Source: an uncultured delta proteobacterium
GTDB lineage: Bacteria; Myxococcota; Myxococcia; Myxococcales; Anaeromyxobacteraceae
Direction of reading: 5' to 3'
DNA length: 64,000 nucleotides
NCBI GenBank assembly: GCA_963845515.1
Contig: CAWJSR010000029.1
Coordinates: 336,214 to 400,213, forward strand
Both the position numbers and the translations under genes were made by a program. The notes beneath the pieces are model-generated. The model saw only the letters and a list, made by a program, of their open reading frames with translations, did not search any database and was not told the DNA's origin. How positions within the stretch are numbered: the first letter of the stretch is position 1; every line of letters begins with the position of its first letter. Shown piece after piece: positions 21,175-32,634 of this stretch.

Positions 21175-22839
21175 CTACGTCGCTTCGGTGCGGCGCGCAG
21201 CGCGCCAGGCGAGGGAGAGCGCGGCGACTGTGAAGAGCGCGCAGCCCCAGGCGAAGAGGTCGCCGAATCTAGTGTAGAGGGTGGTCCCGCGCAACAGCGG
21301 CGCCTCCGCGAGCAGCAGCCGCGCGGGCTCCGAGAGGGCCGGGGCCAGCTCGGGGTCCACCGGTCCGATCTCGATCGCCCCCGGCGCCACCTCCCCGGTC
21401 GGGAGGAGCAGCGCGGAGACCCCGGCCCAGGCCGGCCTGAGCACCGTCCGGCCGGTCTCGATCGCGCGCAGCCGCACGATCGCCAGGAACTGGTACGGTC
21501 CCGATGAGTAACCGTACCAGGCGTCGTTGGTCGGGTTCACGAGCAGGTCCGCCTCGCGGCGCGCGAAGCCGCGGGCGAGCTCGGGGAAGATCGCGTCGAA
21601 GCAGATCAGGGGGGCGATCCGGAGCGGCCCGGCCGCACGCTGCATGACGAGCGGCTCGTCCCCGACGCCAGGGGTGATCGGCGCGAACGTCGGGACCACC
21701 TGGCGGAGGAACGTCAGCCAGCGCGCCATGGGGACGTACTCGCCGAAGGGGACGAGGTGGACCTTGGCGTGGCGCCCCACCACCTCGAGCCGTGGCGTCA
21801 CCAGGAAGGCGCTGTTGGTGACCCGGCGCGGGGACGAGCCGGACGCGTCGGGCTCGCCGCGATCCAGCGTCGCCGCGCCCACGAGCACGTGCGCCCGGGA
21901 CAGGGGTCGCATGCCGCTGCCCGGCGCGTCGAGGCTGCGCAGCCCTGCCGGCAGGTACATCGGGTAGGCCGCCTCCGGCCAGACCACCAGCTCGGCGCCC
22001 GCGCCGTCTGCCTCCTCCGTCAGCGGGACCAGCCGCCCGAGGATCTCCTCGGCGTGGTCGCGCGCGCTGTTCTTCACCGACTGGTCCACGTTGGCCTGGA
22101 CGATCCCGACCTTCACGCTGGGCGCCGAGGCGATCTCCCCTCGGAGCGACACGAGGCGTGCCTGGCCGGCTGCCGCGGCCAGCGCGAGCAGGCCGGCGGC
22201 CGGGCCCAGCCGCCGGGCCAGCCCGCCCAGCCCGATCGAGCCCTGGCGCACCGCGCGGACCGCCTCGGCGATGGAGCCGTTCACGAAGACCACGAGCGCT
22301 GCGATGCCGTAGACACCGATGACCGCGGCGAGCTGCGCGATCGGCAGGGTGCGCGCCTGCGTGTAGCCCAGGTTTCCCCAGGGAAAGCCGGAGAGGTTGA
22401 AGTTCCGCAGCAGCTCGAAGGCCGTCCATACGAACGGGAGCTGGGCCCAGAGCGGCCAGCCGAGCCGGCGGCGAAGCGTCCACGCCACCGCGAAGGCACC
22501 GCCCCAGTGCGCCGCCATGAAGGCCACGAGGAGCGTGAGCGCCACCACCGACAGCCAGAGCGGCAGCCCCCCGAACGAGGTCATCGCGTGGCTCACCCAG
22601 TGGACGGCCGCGAAGAAGTACGCCGCCCCGGCGACGAGCCCCAGCGCGAAGGCGCGGCGCGCGCGCGTGGCGCCGTCCAGCGCGAGGAGCGCAGGGACGA
22701 GCGCCATCCATGCGACGAGCTCCAGCCAACCGCTCGGCTCGAGCTCGCGGATCGAGAGGAATGGGACGACGATCGGGAGCGCCAGGGCCATGGAGAGCCC
22801 GGACGCGGCGGCGAGCAGGAACGGAAGGGACCGCTTCAT
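21175..22839 (-). CDS. lnt: apolipoprotein N-acyltransferase
   Basis: GFPWGNLGYTQ, VVWPEAA, KVHLVPFGEYVP, LICFDAIFP and NDAWYG. Confidence 0.95.
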   Translation of the reverse strand: MKRSLPFLLAAASGLSMALALPIVVPFLSIRELEPSGWLELVAWMALVPALLALDGATRARRAFALGLVAGAAYFFAAVHWVSHAMTSFGGLPLWLSVVALTLLVAFMAAHWGGAFAVAWTLRRRLGWPLWAQLPFVWTAFELLRNFNLSGFPWGNLGYTQARTLPIAQLAAVIGVYGIAALVVFVNGSIAEAVRAVRQGSIGLGGLARRLGPAAGLLALAAAAGQARLVSLRGEIASAPSVKVGIVQANVDQSVKNSARDHAEEILGRLVPLTEEADGAGAELVVWPEAAYPMYLPAGLRSLDAPGSGMRPLSRAHVLVGAATLDRGEPDASGSSPRRVTNSAFLVTPRLEVVGRHAKVHLVPFGEYVPMARWLTFLRQVVPTFAPITPGVGDEPLVMQRAAGPLRIAPLICFDAIFPELARGFARREADLLVNPTNDAWYGYSSGPYQFLAIVRLRAIETGRTVLRPAWAGVSALLLPTGEVAPGAIEIGPVDPELAPALSEPARLLLAEAPLLRGTTLYTRFGDLFAWGCALFTVAALSLAWRAARRTEAT

Positions 22840-22888
22840 GGATCGGGTGCGTCGGGAGGAGCGCGGCGCGCTCGGCGCGGCGCGGCCC

Positions 22889-23314
22889 CTACCGGGCCTT
22901 CTTGAAGAAGGATCCACCCGGCGCGCGCACGTCGGAGACGTCGACGTCGACGCCGCTCGGCTCGGGCTGTGGCTCCGCTGCCGCCTGGGCCCCCTGCGCG
23001 GCGCCGTAGGCCGCCGCCGCCGCGAGGTAGTAGGCGATCGCCTCGCGGACGAGGTGCCCCACCGGCCGCCCGAGGCGCGTGCCGGCGGCGGCCACCGAGT
23101 CGTAGAGGTCGGCGGGCATGCGGACGGAGATGGCGCGCGAGCGGGCCAGCGCCGCCTCCAGCCTCTCCAGCGCCTGGCTGGGGCGCGAGACGCGGAAGTC
23201 GCCAGCCTGGATCATCTCGCGGATCCGCTGGGCCAGGGCGTCGCGCGTGAACCACGCGCCGTCCAGCCAGACCGACTCGGAGTCGAGATCGATGTCGGCG
23301 TACGGATCCATCAT
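22889..23314 (-). CDS. hypothetical protein with ribbon-helix-helix-like segment
   Basis: MMDPYADIDL...AISVRMPADLYDSVAAAGTRLGRPVGHLVREAIAYY; C-terminal part of ORF 22889..24364. Confidence 0.6.
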   Translation of the reverse strand: MMDPYADIDLDSESVWLDGAWFTRDALAQRIREMIQAGDFRVSRPSQALERLEAALARSRAISVRMPADLYDSVAAAGTRLGRPVGHLVREAIAYYLAAAAAYGAAQGAQAAAEPQPEPSGVDVDVSDVRAPGGSFFKKAR

Positions 23315-23803
23315 CCCTTCTTCCGCCGTCGGGGACCCTTCCCCGCCCGGCTCACCCGCTGCTTCAACACGGCACCAACCAGACCGTCGGCCACGCACCA
23401 GCGCCTCTTCCCTCGCCGCCATCACCTTCGCATCGGCCACCCGCTCGTGATCGAAGCCGAGCAGGTGAAGGATGCCGTGGGCGAGGTACCGGTCAAGTTC
23501 CCTGCGAACCGCGCGCGCGTCCTCGCCGCCGCGCCGCGCCGCCGTGTCCAGTGAAATTACCACGTCCCCGAGGAGCGTCCCAGCGCCCGGCGGATCCGAT
23601 AGCGGGAAGGAGAGCACGTCCGTCGGCCGATCGATGCCGCGCCACCGCCGGTTCAGCCGCCGGATGCCGGCGTCGGTGGTGAGGAGGATCGACAGCTCGG
23701 CCTCGGCCCGCCCGAGCGCGCGGAGGAACACGCGCGCCTTCTCGCGAAGCCTCCGCTCCGCCCCGCCCGCGCGCGGGTGATCGCTGCGGAGGAGGACGGT
23801 CAC
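23312..23803 (-). CDS. ybeY: rRNA maturation endoribonuclease YbeY, frameshift near 23391
   Basis: LNRRWRGIDRPTDVLSFP, LGDVVIS and HGILHLLGFDH; GTGA overlap with the upstream gene. Confidence 0.9.
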
Positions 23804-26144
23804 TTCCTGAGCACCAGCTGCACCGGCGGGCGGAGGCGTGCGGTCTCCCCGGTGTCTCCAAGGGGGTAGTCCGGGCGGGTGTGATAGACGGCCTCGAGCG
23901 CGCGGACCATGGCCGCAGCGATGACGCTCAGGTCCTTGAGCGTCAGGTCGCACTCGTCCAACTGCCCCTCGATGAAGATCTCGTTCACCCGGCGAGAGAC
24001 CAGGCCGCCGAAGTCCTCCGCGGTGGGGGCCTCCATCGCGCGGGCGCTCGCCTCGCACGAGTCGGCGATCATCACGAGCGCCGCCTCGCGCGTCTGGGGC
24101 CGGGGCCCGGGGTACCGGAAGACCGCCTCGTCCACTGCCTCCCCGCGCCTCCCCTCCTCCGGCGCGCGCTGGACCATCGCCCAGAAGTAGCCGACGTGGC
24201 GGGTGCCGTGGTGCTGCTGGATGATGTCCGCGATGGCGCGTGGCAGGCGCCACTCCTGCGCCAGCTCGACGCCGTCGGCGACGTGGCGCTTGATGACCAG
24301 CGCGCTCATCGACGGGGCGAGCGCATCGTGCCGGTTCTCGCCTCGCTGGTTCTCGGCGAACCACGGCGGGTTCCGGATCTTCCCGACGTCGTGATAGTAC
24401 GCGCCCACGCGCGCCAGCAGCGGGTTCGCGCCGATCGACTGCGCCGCCGCCTCCACCATCGCACCCATCACGATTGAGTGATGGTAGGTGCCGGGCGCGT
24501 GGACGATCAACTCCTTGAGCGCGGGGTGATTGAGGTTGGCGAGCTCCAGGAGCCGGACGTCGGTGAGGTACCCGAAGGCCCCCTCCACGACGGGGAGCGA
24601 TCCGAGGACCACCACGGGGAGGAGCACCGCGCCGCCGACGAGCGCCGCGGCCGCGCCCAGGGAAGCGTCGGCCAGGCCGCGCGAGCCGAAGATCGCGACG
24701 GCGATCGCGAGCATGGCGCCCACGCCACCGACGGCGAGCCCCGCCCTGAAGAGTCCGGACCGATCGCGGCTCACCCCCACCAGCCCTGCGGCGGCGACCG
24801 CCGTCAGCGTCGCGTGGAGCGCGAGCGGGATCGACTGGCCCGCCACCAGCCCCGCCACGACGCCGACCACCATCGCGAAGAGGAGCGCGACCTCGGCCGC
24901 GAGGACCTGCCGCACCAGCATCGCTCCCGCTGCGAACGGCACCAGGAAGTAGAGGGCTGGACGCGCCCCCGGGGCGAAGCGATCGTGCAGCGCGTCGGCC
25001 ACGGCGATCCCCACGAACCCGAGCAGCAGGGTGACCACGAGCAGGGCCGTGAGCAGCAGCGCGTCGCGCCGGACGAGCCGCAGCCGCGTCAGGTTGCGCC
25101 GGCCGAAGCGCCAGAGCACAACGACCGCGAGCGCGACGAGCGCGCCTCCTCCGAGCCCCACCCAGCCAGCGTCCGAGGCGTGCGCCTGGGCGCGCATCCC
25201 CTCGAAGACCAGGAGGTGGCGCTTCTCGATCCGCTCGCCGTCGCCGATGATCTTCTCGCCCCGCTTCACGGCGACCACGACCGGCTTGGCGCCGGCCGCC
25301 GCCTCGGCGCGGCGCCGCGCCGTCTCGGCGTGATTGCGCACGAGCGTCGGAGCGAGGGCGCCCTGCGCCACGCGGATCAGGGCGACACGGAGGGGAGCGG
25401 GCGCGTCGCGCAGCCGCGAGGCGGCCGCCTGCTCCACCTCGCTGCGCGCGTCCGCGAGGTCCCTCACCAGCGAGAGGTCGAGCAGGGTCCGCTCTCCGCC
25501 CTCAGCTGCCTTTCCGCCCCGCAGGAGCCGCACCACGATGCCGCGCTCGCGCTCGGCCTGGAGGAGCTGGAGGTCGGCGACCACCATCCCCTCCAGCCCC
25601 CGCGCGACGAGGGCGACGAGCTCCTGCTCGGCCGACTCGCTGAAACGGGCCGCCCCGAGCGCCTCGAAGTCGGCGTCCCGCACGAGGAGCTGCAGTCGGG
25701 AGACGAAGACGTCCCGCTGCGCCGCGTAGACCCGGGCCAGCTCTGCCGCCGCCGGCTCGCGCCGCCCTCCGCCGGCGCGGAGCCGCCCCTCCTCCTCTCG
25801 CATCACCGCGAAGGCGGCCTGGATGCGGGCGCCGGCCTCCTCCGCCGCGCCCTCGTCCAGGTCGTAGACTGCGCGCTGGGCTCCGCTCGCCTCGACGCGA
25901 CGGCGCGAGGTCGCCTCCTCGTCGACGAGCTCGTAGTCGCGATCTGCCTTGATCGTTGCCGTCGCCGGCGTCGAGAGCGCGTCCTGCCCCGGGAGGCGGC
26001 GGACCGATGAGCCTGGGGCCAGCACGAAGGCGGCCACCACGCCTATCGCCGCCACCAGCGCGCCGCGCAGGAGACGGCCGCTGACGTCGCGGCGAAGGAG
26101 CCACGTCACGAGCCCGGCGACGGCCGCGTTGCCGCGCTCCCCCA

Positions 26145-26145
<1 letters not shown>
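23800..26145 (-). CDS. 7TM-HD family membrane phosphohydrolase (PgpH-like)
   Basis: Extracellular domain, TM bundle, then APGTYHHS, YYHDVGK, QHHGT, FRYPGPRPQTRE and IADSCEA; between phoH and ybeY. Confidence 0.9.
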
Positions 26146-27143
<998 letters not shown>

Positions 27144-27146
27144 GGG

Positions 27147-28355
27147 CTACTCGATCGGAGCCAGGAGGACGTACCGCCCCCCCGGAGTCCGCCGGTAGGA
27201 GTAGGGCTGCTGCCAGGGGTGCTTCAGATCCCTGCTGGTGACGAGCCCGGCGTCGAGCAGTGCGTCGAGCCGTTCGGGGTACTCGCCGTTCTCCAGGCGG
27301 TAGACCTCGAGCGCCCCGGAGAGGCGCTGGACCTGGTAACGCGCCACGAACCGCTCCGCCGCGTTGTCGCGGACCACCGCGCCCTCGACGCCCTCCCCCC
27401 AGGCGATCCCGCGCCGATCGACCCAGTAGGCGATCGCCGCGACCGCCGCCGCGATCACGATCGTCGCGACGACGCGCGCCGTCGCCAGACGGAACCGCGC
27501 GGTCCAGTCGGAGGCGTAGCTCCCGACGACCGTCGCGCGCCCCGTCGGCTGGATCGGCTTCAGGTAGCCCAGGTTGGCGAGGTTCAGGAGCCCCTTGCAG
27601 GTCTCGAACTCTCCGAGCCGGGAGAGGTCGATGATCTTCTCGACCGTGCGTCCGGGGACGGCCAGCAGGAAGAGCCGCCGCTCGGCCGCGCCCAGGTTGG
27701 CGAACTCCCCGTTGGACTCGCTGGGCTTCTCCGAGCCCATGGCGTCGAACGCGGCGTCGACGTCCGCCTCCTCCCGCCTGGCGCGGCGGGACTGGCCCCC
27801 TGCCCGCTCGGGCTCGAGCTCCTTGAGCCGCTCGAACGTCATCGCAGTGGAGGTGATCCTCCGCCGGACCATCGGCCACTCGTCGACCTGGCGGAACCCC
27901 TCCATCAGCACCGACTCGGCGCGCAGCGGGGTCACCGACTCCGGATCCCACTCGACGTCGCCGGGGACGAACTCGTAGGTGCCGCTCTTCCAGTGGAAGA
28001 GCCGGTAGACCGTCTCCGTCGTCTGGAGCGCGGTCATCTCCTTCAGCTCCTGCTTGGAGACGAACCCGAGCTCGACGAGGATGTCGCCGAGCCGTCGCAG
28101 GCTGCGCTTCTGGAGATCCAGCGCGTACTCGAGCTTCTCCTGCGTGAGGACCTCGGCGCGCACCAGCCGGGTCCCCAGCCGCTCCCGGGTCTGGCGCCCG
28201 GCGTGCTCCGCGCTGACGACGTTGCCGTCTGCCATCGCGATGTGGATCTCTGCGTCGCGCCCCTCGAGATGGAGCATGCCGCTCTTGGCCTGCTGGCCGA
28301 TGAGCTGGAGGATCTCTGCGATCCCGAAGTCCTTGAGGGTGCCCTTGAGCGCCAT
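27147..28355 (-). CDS. DUF4388 + MshEN-like + TM + GspG-like C-terminal domain protein
   Basis: MALKGTLKDFGIAEILQLIGQQAKSGML (DUF4388); tandem RLG..L..L..Q motifs; TM; ALEVYRLENGEYP..L..HPWQQPYSY. Confidence 0.75.
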   Translation of the reverse strand: MALKGTLKDFGIAEILQLIGQQAKSGMLHLEGRDAEIHIAMADGNVVSAEHAGRQTRERLGTRLVRAEVLTQEKLEYALDLQKRSLRRLGDILVELGFVSKQELKEMTALQTTETVYRLFHWKSGTYEFVPGDVEWDPESVTPLRAESVLMEGFRQVDEWPMVRRRITSTAMTFERLKELEPERAGGQSRRARREEADVDAAFDAMGSEKPSESNGEFANLGAAERRLFLLAVPGRTVEKIIDLSRLGEFETCKGLLNLANLGYLKPIQPTGRATVVGSYASDWTARFRLATARVVATIVIAAAVAAIAYWVDRRGIAWGEGVEGAVVRDNAAERFVARYQVQRLSGALEVYRLENGEYPERLDALLDAGLVTSRDLKHPWQQPYSYRRTPGGRYVLLAPIE

Positions 28356-28360
28356 GAGCT

Positions 28361-30545
28361 TCAGCTCCGGGTCCGGCGGAGGGCCTCGCGCACGGAGAGC
28401 GCGTACAGCGCCAGCCCCGCCGGGACGGCCACGACGATCTTGCCGACCAGGACCCACCTGGATGGCTGCGGCGGCGGCAGGACGCCGCGCCAGAACCAGA
28501 CGACCGCCCCCACGAAGAGGAGGCCGAGCAGGAACAGGAAGCCGGGGATCACGGCACCGCGCCATACGAGGCCGGCTCCGCCGCCGGTGATCGCCAGGAT
28601 CCGCGTCACGACGACGCCGAACCGCTCGTGACGGCGGACCTCGGCCTCCTTGCGGAGCCGGTCGCGCGCGTCGACGACCCCCTTCTTGACGAAGGCGTTG
28701 ACGCACTGGCCGCAGAGCGCGCCGGCCGCGGCGTCGCACCGGCGACAGGCCGGCCGCCCGCAGCGCTCGCAGGGGGTCGACGGCGCGAGCCTCTCGCGCC
28801 CGAGCGCCAGGAGCCACATCACCGCGAGGAACGCGAGGCCGCTCCATGGCCACGCCGCACGAGGCAGCGCCCCCATGAGGCGACCGCGGACGTACGCCTG
28901 GAGCTCCTGCGAGGCGGCTCCCGCGCTCGCCAGGGCGGACACCTTCCGGGCCGGGACGGGGACGTCGACGATGAAGCGGTTCGCGGAGAAGTCCTCGTCC
29001 GAGCCGTACCTGGCCAGGAAGTCGCCGTCCTCCTGCTGGGCACGCTCGCGCGCCGCCTGGCTCTTGTCGAGCTCGGAGGTCCGCAGGTAGAGCTTGGAGA
29101 GGTTGTAGTGCGCCGCCGCGAGCGTGGTCAGATCGCCACCCGCGCGGTCGGCCGCGCCGAGGTACGCCGCCTTGGCCGCCTCGATGTCGCCCTGCAGGAA
29201 GAGGACGTTCCCCAGGTTGACCTGGACCTCGGCCGCGCGATCGTCCGACGCCAGCGCCAGCTCGTACCAGCCCTTCGCCCGCTGCAGGTCGCCGCGCCGC
29301 TTGAAGTGGCGCCCCAGCGCGGCCGAGAGGGCGGGCGGGGGCGCCGCCTGCTCCCATCGCGCCGCGAGCTGCTGCGCGGCGGCGTCGGAGATGGCGCCGT
29401 GCTCGATCTCGTGGACCGTCTCCCCCAGCGTCCCCGTCCAGGCGGCGGCCCGCACCCCCACCGACGCGAGCCATGGCGTCGCGATCAGGGCGAGCAGCGT
29501 CACCGTGCACAGCACCCTCTCGGCCGTGGTGAGGTAGAGCCAGATCACCGCGACCGCCATCCCGACCATGCTGGCGGGCCCCAGCCCGAACGCGAGCGGC
29601 GAGGCGAAGAGCACGAGGGCGAGGAAGGTGCTCTGGATCTGCGCGGTCCCACGCAGCAGCGGCAGGTGATGGAAGTCGTGGAAGAAGAGGCGCAGCCTGC
29701 GCACGAGGAGGATCGCCGCCGTCGCGGCTGCGGCGGCGAAGAGCGCCGCCAGCGCCGCCGAGACGACGTCGGTCACGAACGCCCGTGCCGTGTGAGGCTC
29801 CCGGACCGCGGCGCCGAAGGTGGCCCCGACGGCCGACAGGACCCTGCCGACCTCACGGGGGGAGTGGACCAGGAGCGCCCTGGCGACTGCGATGTGGGCG
29901 TCCGCGAAGTCCGGCGCGACCCTCGCCGCGAGCTCGGCGTGCTCGACCGCCTCGGCCGGAAGGTTCGCGTCGAGCGCCCTCCCGGACTCGCGCACGAGCG
30001 AGGCCGCCATGGGGATCAGGTTCTCGATCGCCAGCTCGCGCTGGGCACCGACCAGCGCCTCCTCCGCCGCCTTCGCGCGGGCCGGATCCTGCTCGCGCAG
30101 CGCGGCGCGCCGCTCCGTCCAGGAATCGAGGAGCTTCCCCCAGCTCGTGCTCACGGGCACGAGCCGGCGCGCGAGCTCGCTCGACGGCTCCGGTGGAGGC
30201 GGGGCTGGCGGCTGGTCGTAGACGAGCCACGTGGCCGGCGGCTGCTCCGCGGCGGCCGCCGCGTCGCCTCCCGGGGTGGCCTGGACCGGCGCGGCCCCAC
30301 CCGGCCCCTCTGCGGCAGGCGCCATCCGGGAGCCGGTCGCGTCCCGTCGCGTGGGCACCGCGCGGCGCTGGGACGGCCGACTCCTCGTCGATCGGTTCGC
30401 CGCTCTCGCGGGGCTCGTCCCAGGTCCCCTCGTCGGGGGCCGGCTCGTCCCCCAGCATCCTCGGCGCAGACACCTGCGCTCCCGCCACTGGTGCGTGGAG
30501 GAGGGCGAGCGCTAGCAGGGCGACGAGGGGAGGGCGGCGGGTCAC
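28361..30545 (-). CDS. TPR-containing membrane protein with Cys-rich motif, frameshift near 30363
   Basis: Signal peptide from GTG 30545 in ORF 29853..30767, continued in ORF 28361..30358; TPRs (VNLGNVLF, AHYNLSKLY), TM helices and CERCGRPACRRC...CGQC. Confidence 0.7.
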
Positions 30546-30593
30546 GCGAGATACGAATGCTAGCACGGGGCCACATACGCTAGAACAAGCGCG

Positions 30594-31428
30594 ATGACGC
30601 GAACCAGCCAGGCCATCGAACGTCTCCTCGGCATCATGGCACGCCTCCGCGGTCCCGACGGCTGTCCGTGGGACCGCGAGCAGACCCTCCAGACCCTCCG
30701 CCCGTACGTCCTGGAGGAGACGTATGAGGTCCTCGAGGCGATCGACTGCGGCGACCCGCGCGAGCACTGCGAGGAGCTCGGCGACCTGCTGCTGCAGATC
30801 GTCTTCCAGGCGCAGCTGGCCAGCGAGGCCGGCCGCTTCGACTTCGCCGACGTCGCGCAGGCGATCTCCGACAAGCTCGTGTCACGCCATCCGCACGTCT
30901 TCGGCAACGCCGAGGCGAAGGACTCGGAGGCGGTGCTGAAGCAGTGGGTCGCGCTGAAGCAGGAGGAGAAGAAGAAGAAGGGCAAGGGCGCGAGCGTCCT
31001 GGAGGGGGTCCCCCGCGAGATGCCCGCGCTGGCCCGGGCCGATCGCCTGACCGAGAAGGCGAGCCGCATCGGCTTCGACTGGCCCGACGCGAACGGCGCG
31101 AGGGCGAAGGTGGTGGAGGAGCTGCGCGGAGCTGGACGAGGCGGTCGCCGCCGGCGACCGTGACGCGGTCGAGCATGAGCTCGGCGACCTGCTCTTCGCG
31201 GCCGCCAACCTGGGCAGGAAGCTTGGAGTACCCCCCGAGGAGGCGCTGCGCGGTGCAGTCGCCCGCTTCATCGGGCGCTTCGCCCACGTGGAGCGCGAGC
31301 TGGCGCGGCGCGGCGTGCCTCACGGCGAGGCGACGCTGGAGGAGATGGACGCGCTCTGGGACGAAGCCAAAGAACTGGAGCGTCAAGCGAAATCGGCCGA
31401 TGACGCCCCTTCAAGGACACACATTTAG
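30594..31428 (+). CDS. mazG: nucleoside triphosphate pyrophosphohydrolase MazG, frameshift near 31127
   Basis: LRGPDGCPWDREQT, EETYEV, EELGDLLLQ, RHPHVF and GFDW; second domain (ELGDLLFA, EMDALWDEAK) in a shifted frame. Confidence 0.92.
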
Positions 31429-31758
31429 TGTTCCAGGTCCGACGTGGAAAGTACGTGGACAACTCCCGGGTCGCCGAAGTCCCCCGGAGCGATGACAGAG
31501 CTGGCGCTCCCTGACGCGGCCTCGATAAACGCGCTCTTCATCAGTTGTTACGGCACCTTGCGAATCACGACCCAGAGGAGCCGGTATCCCGATTACGCAC
31601 TCTGGGGACGGGGGCGACCACAAAACGGCCGCCGGTGGATAACTCCCCGAACCGACAGGCATTACGCACCCTTCCATCACCGACCCTTCGGGCCCTTGAC
31701 GCAGCGGGGCCGGGGGGGATAGATAGCGCGACCTCGAAATTCCTCCGGAGAATCAAGC

Positions 31759-32031
31759 TTGGCGAACACTGCATCGTCAGAGAAGCGCAACCGGCAGACC
31801 CAGAAGCGCCACGACCGCAACGTTGCGGTCCGGAGCTCCGTGAAGACGGCCGTCAAGAAGCTCCGCGAGGCACTCGGCAACGGCGACGCCGCTGCCGTGA
31901 AGAAGGCGCTTCCCGTGGCGGAGAAGGCGCTCGCCAGCGCGGCCTCCAAGGGCGTCATCCACAAGAACGCCGCCTCGCGCCGCATCTCGCGGCTTGCCCA
32001 CGCCGTCGCCAAGACGGCCGTGGCCAAGTAG
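31759..32031 (+). CDS. rpsT: 30S ribosomal protein S20
   Basis: MANTASSEKRNRQ...KGVIHKNAASRRISRL; GGAG upstream of TTG. Confidence 0.95.
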   Translation: MANTASSEKRNRQTQKRHDRNVAVRSSVKTAVKKLREALGNGDAAAVKKALPVAEKALASAASKGVIHKNAASRRISRLAHAVAKTAVAK

Positions 32032-32103
32032 CCCTAGACCGCCGCGCCGTCTCCTCGCGCACCTCGCCCGTCGCGCAATGCGCGACCGGGTGGAGGTGCG
32101 TCG

Positions 32104-32634
32104 TCATTCCATCAGCGAAGCTGCGAGCTCACGCGCGCAGTCGGCGGCGAGCTTCCTGAGCGACAGCGCCCGCCGCCCTTCCGTCTCGAGGGAGTCGACG
32201 CCCGCCGGGTAGTCTGCCTCGCGCCTCAGCGAGCGCTCTACCACGACCCGCTCCCCATCCAGGAGTCGGGCCCGGACCTCGAGCGCGACGCGCCAGCTCA
32301 CGCCCCCGGGCGCCGCGGGCGAAGGCTGCCCCACGCTCACCTCCCCCGTCACACGCGCCGGGGATCCGTCGCGCGCCAGCGCTCCCCGGGCGGCGAGCTC
32401 CTCCCGGAGCGCGCCGGCCATGACCGCCCCCAGCTCCGGCTCGGTGGAGCGGTTCTCGAAGGGGAGGACCGTCGCAGCGGGGATCCCGCCGGTCAGCCCC
32501 CCCGCGGCCGTGAAGGAGTAGCCGCAGGCGGCCCCGAGGGACAGGGCGAGCCACATCGGAACGCCCCTCACCCAGCCTCTCCCCCGCGGTGGCGGGGGAG
32601 AGGTGCAACCACGTGGCGGCGGCTCAAACGCCAT
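32104..32634 (-). CDS. lptE: LPS assembly lipoprotein LptE
   Basis: Lipobox GAAC-GYSF and PFENRSTEP; directly downstream of leuS. Start is ATG 32634 or GTG 32571. Confidence 0.8.
   Translation of the reverse strand: MAFEPPPRGCTSPPPPRGRGWVRGVPMWLALSLGAACGYSFTAAGGLTGGIPAATVLPFENRSTEPELGAVMAGALREELAARGALARDGSPARVTGEVSVGQPSPAAPGGVSWRVALEVRARLLDGERVVVERSLRREADYPAGVDSLETEGRRALSLRKLAADCARELAASLME
32564..32603. repeat. REP-like palindrome, copy 2
   Basis: CCCCTCACCCAG followed by the perfect 12-bp stem CCTCTCCCCCGC-ggtg-GCGGGGGAGAGG. Confidence 0.8.

Noticed and set aside
22889..23803. Apparent YbeY fusion to a ribbon-helix-helix protein
   Set aside because: Removing one base near 23391 gives a normal YbeY end (ADGLVGAVLK...KKG-stop) overlapping the next start; same error type as elsewhere in the contig.
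31429..31452. parS-like sequence TGTTCCA...TGGAAA
   Set aside because: The half-sites are separated by 9 nt instead of 2, so it does not fit the 16-bp parS palindrome.
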